Source: Orbicella franksi
Taxonomy: Eukaryota
Assembly: GCA_964199315.1 (NCBI GenBank)
Contig: OZ116707.1
Span: forward strand, 7,626,001 to 7,690,000
Length of the DNA stretch: 64,000 nt
Direction of reading: 5' to 3'
The notes below the pieces were generated by a model that had not been told where the DNA came from, ran no database searches, and saw nothing but the letters and a program-made list of their open reading frames with translations. This document shows positions 60,789 to 64,000 of the stretch, one piece after another (positions within the stretch are counted from its first letter, which is position 1; every line of letters starts with the position of its first letter). The position numbers and the translations under genes were made by a program.

Positions 60789-62960
60789 ATAGACAAAAGT
60801 TCCTCTCTTACTGGTGGTGATGAAGAATACGACGACTCCCTTTTCCCAGTTTCTGATGACCAAGGACGGACATATCACGCTTTCATCGAAGTATGCGACA
60901 AAATGTTTACTGGCGTTCCAAGAAAAACGATTAAATCCTGCGTGCGAAGCTTAGGATTGACTCTTGTCCACTGCTCTGGGGACATTCAGGACAATGTTAA
61001 AAGAGCAAGGCCTCAGTTAGCTAATTTAAGGGTAATTTCACTTATATCTAAACAAGACATGAACATTCTCCAAGCTTATCACGAATCGCGCATGCAAAAT
61101 GAAAGGCAGCTAAGTACAAAGCGCATTGGCGCCGGCTATAGTACTTTCTCCAAAGTCGAGAGGCGTTTCAGTCGAGAGACTAGTTCCAAATCATCAGCTC
61201 TATCTTACGACAGTGGCATTAATCAAAGAAGTCCAGTAGCAACAACTTCCAATTTCTCCATTGACCATATCTTGCAAACTGGTGAGACCGCCACCAAGAG
61301 CTCCTCGATTAACGAGGCCACGCCCCGGGAGGAAAGCTCAAGTGAAGATGAATGCAACAACGCTGACTTCCAATCAATGGAGGAAGACTCATCTAACTTG
61401 GACAGTTCCGACGAATCTAATGGCGAAGACTGCCTTCAGCAAGATGATAGTGAAATCACTCTGATGTTAAAGAAACGAAAACTCAATATTTCTGCATTCC
61501 AAGATGTCATAGCTTCGGTTCACGAGATGAAAGCGTTTTATCTTGCCGAGTTCAATCACAGAAGGCGGTCGCCGAGAATGGCAGAAAGCACATGGCAGAA
61601 ACACGTGGAGAGGCTAGTAACATTCTTGGCTCACTGCGAGACCAACTTAAAACTGAAACCCGCCTTGTCTCTCGTTGATGACTTGACCTCAGTGGAGAGA
61701 TTCGTGAATTACCTCAAGGAAGACCGACGTGTTCAGAACTCTACGGCTTCTCGGTATCTTCACAGTCTGATAATAACAGCAAAGTTTATCCATGCAGACC
61801 AGAGTCGAAGAAACTACGAGCACGTGGAAAGCATCTCTGATCTTCGCTTAGTGCGGAATCAACTGGAAAAGGCACAGCGTCTTACAAAGAGCGTGCCATC
61901 TGTGAAACTACTATGGCCGCAGTTTCAGGAAGTCATTCGAAACCTCCACTGTAGGTACGAGGAGGCCTCTGGAGTGGTTAGAGCAAGGTTACACATGAAT
62001 TTCACGATGCTCCTTCTTTTCGCTGGCCGAGCCAAAGAACTGAGGACCCTACGTCTGTCAACAAAAGAACCAGCAGAGCAAGAAATTCACAAATTCGCCA
62101 GGAGTTTTCCAGAGGGAGACAATGCAATAATCTTTTCGAGCGAGGGACCTGTCTGGCTAATAGAGCATGGTTATCAAACCGCGCCAAAATACGGTCTTAA
62201 TGTTGTTCGATTTGACACTGCCGAGTATCAGTTTGTCATCTTCCACCTCAAAGAGTACAAGGGCGTCTCGAGACCGCGTCTCCTGTCTGAAGACAAGCAT
62301 GACTACTTCTTTGTCAACAAGCGCGGCACTCAATTCAAGACATCTAGTTCCTTTTCACACTACCTGTCGCTCATTTTTCAAGAACACCTAGGTTTTCCTT
62401 GCGCCATCAACAAAATGAGGCACGCCCTCGTGGAACACTTCCGTTCTTCTCCAGAAAGTTCTGATGTAAGGCTAGCCGAGTCCCTAGCACGTGTTTGCAA
62501 GCACAGTTTGAGAACGCAGATAAATATTTACGATCGACGCACTGAGTCTGAACGCAGATCACAAGCATTAAGCTACCTGAATAGGTCCGCTGTCAATTTT
62601 ATCCTGGACGAAGCTCCAGCTCCATGTTCCCCAGAAGATGACAGTGATCAGGAAACAGAGGATTTGCCCTCCCCGGGAGAAATGTGCGCTCTCGTGTCTT
62701 GTGACGCAACTCAGGAAAATCCCACCGTGTTCTTAGCCAAGGTTCTTAAATACACAGCGGACGGGAGGTCCGCTTGACTAGCTTGGTTTAAAGAAGTCGA
62801 AACGCGCCCAACCTATTTCGAATTCGAAGCAGGGACCGATGTGTGGGAGGAAAAGGCAAGCTCTCTGATCTACCCCGTAGATGTCATTTTCCATCGACTC
62901 GACGGAACTTACGAGCTTCGAACACCAAAGAAACGACTGTGGTCTATGATAAAAAAGTAA
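60789..62960 (+). pseudogene. YR-C: third-family tyrosine recombinase with a short C-terminal beta-rich domain, probably spliced to upstream exons
   Basis: The frame opens at acceptor ttattag|ATA (60789), upstream of ATG 60903. Motifs AGRAKE (R), YQT (expected YKT), INKMRH, KHS, IYDRRT (Y). After TGA at 62775 the frame continues to TAA at 62960. A phase-compatible exon lies at ~60063-60134. Confidence 0.85.
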
Positions 62961-63711
62961 CACGCTCGGACATCGACACTAAAATGCCTCACGATACTGA
63001 AACGCCTCACTTAGATCCAGCTCTTTGATAACGTTTATTTAATAACAATAGACGGCCTCGCAATCTTTTAAGTTTAAGTGCAACAAAATTGTCAGCCTTT
63101 CAGAATGTGAAAATGTCCCTAGATCATAGAAAGATTGAAGTATTGCTAGGATGCTCAGTGGTTGTTCTGTTCAGCATAAAACATGAAGACGACAGATATA
63201 AGGTAAAACTCACTGCAGTTATTGGAAGTCTCAGTAAGATTTTCCGGTATACGTGCGTCCACGTCAAAATATCATCAGCTGTCTTCAAGGCTATAAATTC
63301 CTCAAGGACAGTTGTCTTAGGCAGACAAAAAAAGGGACAATTCTGTTGCATTTGACCTTCGAGATACAATGTACTATACATTTTACGCTGAAAAATGATT
63401 TGGATAATGGGAGAAAACGTTGTCCTTGAGTCGGGCAAAGTATTTCCAAAACAGTATGTCGTGTTTAGGAGTTTAAGAGGCAATTTGTACAGCAAATAAC
63501 ATAGCTAGTGAACCCTTGACCAACATACATTCTTTTAGATGGTGCTTGCTTTCTGAAAACCAATCGCATCCATTGTGGTGTTTGGGTCAAAGACGTATTT
63601 GTTTAATGTTCGATTTATTAGGGAATCGTTTCCGGGAATTTGGAGTCGCTATATTGTTTTGATTGTGTTGGTCAAGGACTAACTTTTAAGACTAAGAAAT
63701 GGGTAGCAATC

Positions 63712-64000
63712 TCCCAGTAAGAGTAAGCGTTGTCCAAGTCAGCCTTGTATATATAGTTTTATTTGGTTCCTGTTGCATTTAGAGTGGCAAATATAACAGA
63801 GTGTTAAGTGCAGTAATTTAAAATTTTCGTGTTTTCAATCCCCCAGTAAGGGTAAGCGTTGTCCAAGTCAGCCTTGCATATATAGTTTTATTTGGTTCCT
63901 GTTGCGTTTAGATCGGCAAATACTACAGACTGTTTGTTAAGTGCAGTAATTTAAAATTTTCGCGATTTCAATCCCCAGTAAGAGTAAGCGTTGTCCAAGT
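63712..64000. repeat. About 130-bp tandem repeat cut by the window end
   Basis: CCCAGTAAGRGTAAGCGTTGTCCAAGT at ~63713, 63842 and 63974. Confidence 0.88.

Noticed and set aside
60903-62777. Bacterial prophage integrase or contamination
   Set aside because: No prokaryotic operon or phage genes; splice signals and eukaryotic repeats surround it.

Overview
AT-rich eukaryotic DNA with spliceosomal introns, MITE-like palindromes and (CCCTAA)n tracts; the repeat families look cnidarian, probably stony coral (inference). No intact host gene is evident; the window is a mobile-element cluster with four tyrosine-recombinase (YR) genes from three distinct families. Main result: two related YR elements lie in tandem, A (29647-49091, containing a later L1/Tx1-type LINE insertion) and B (49173-58594). 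Each is bounded on both sides by the telomeric hexamer CCCTAA, and each end carries a short inverted arm. Joining the two ends of an element gives arm-CCCTAA-arm, which resembles a YR att site with a 6-bp core. Element A also carries a small convergent gene with a RAP1/TERF2IP-type Myb domain. A and B share two conserved structured non-coding motifs (one HDV-ribozyme-like), a 5'-intron module, phased subterminal motif arrays and a palindrome. A nine-exon Crypton-type YR pseudogene (14776-21957), missed by the ORF track, and a third YR family gene (60789-62960) are also present. All YR copies carry at least one lesion. Family assignments come from motif reading, not database searches.
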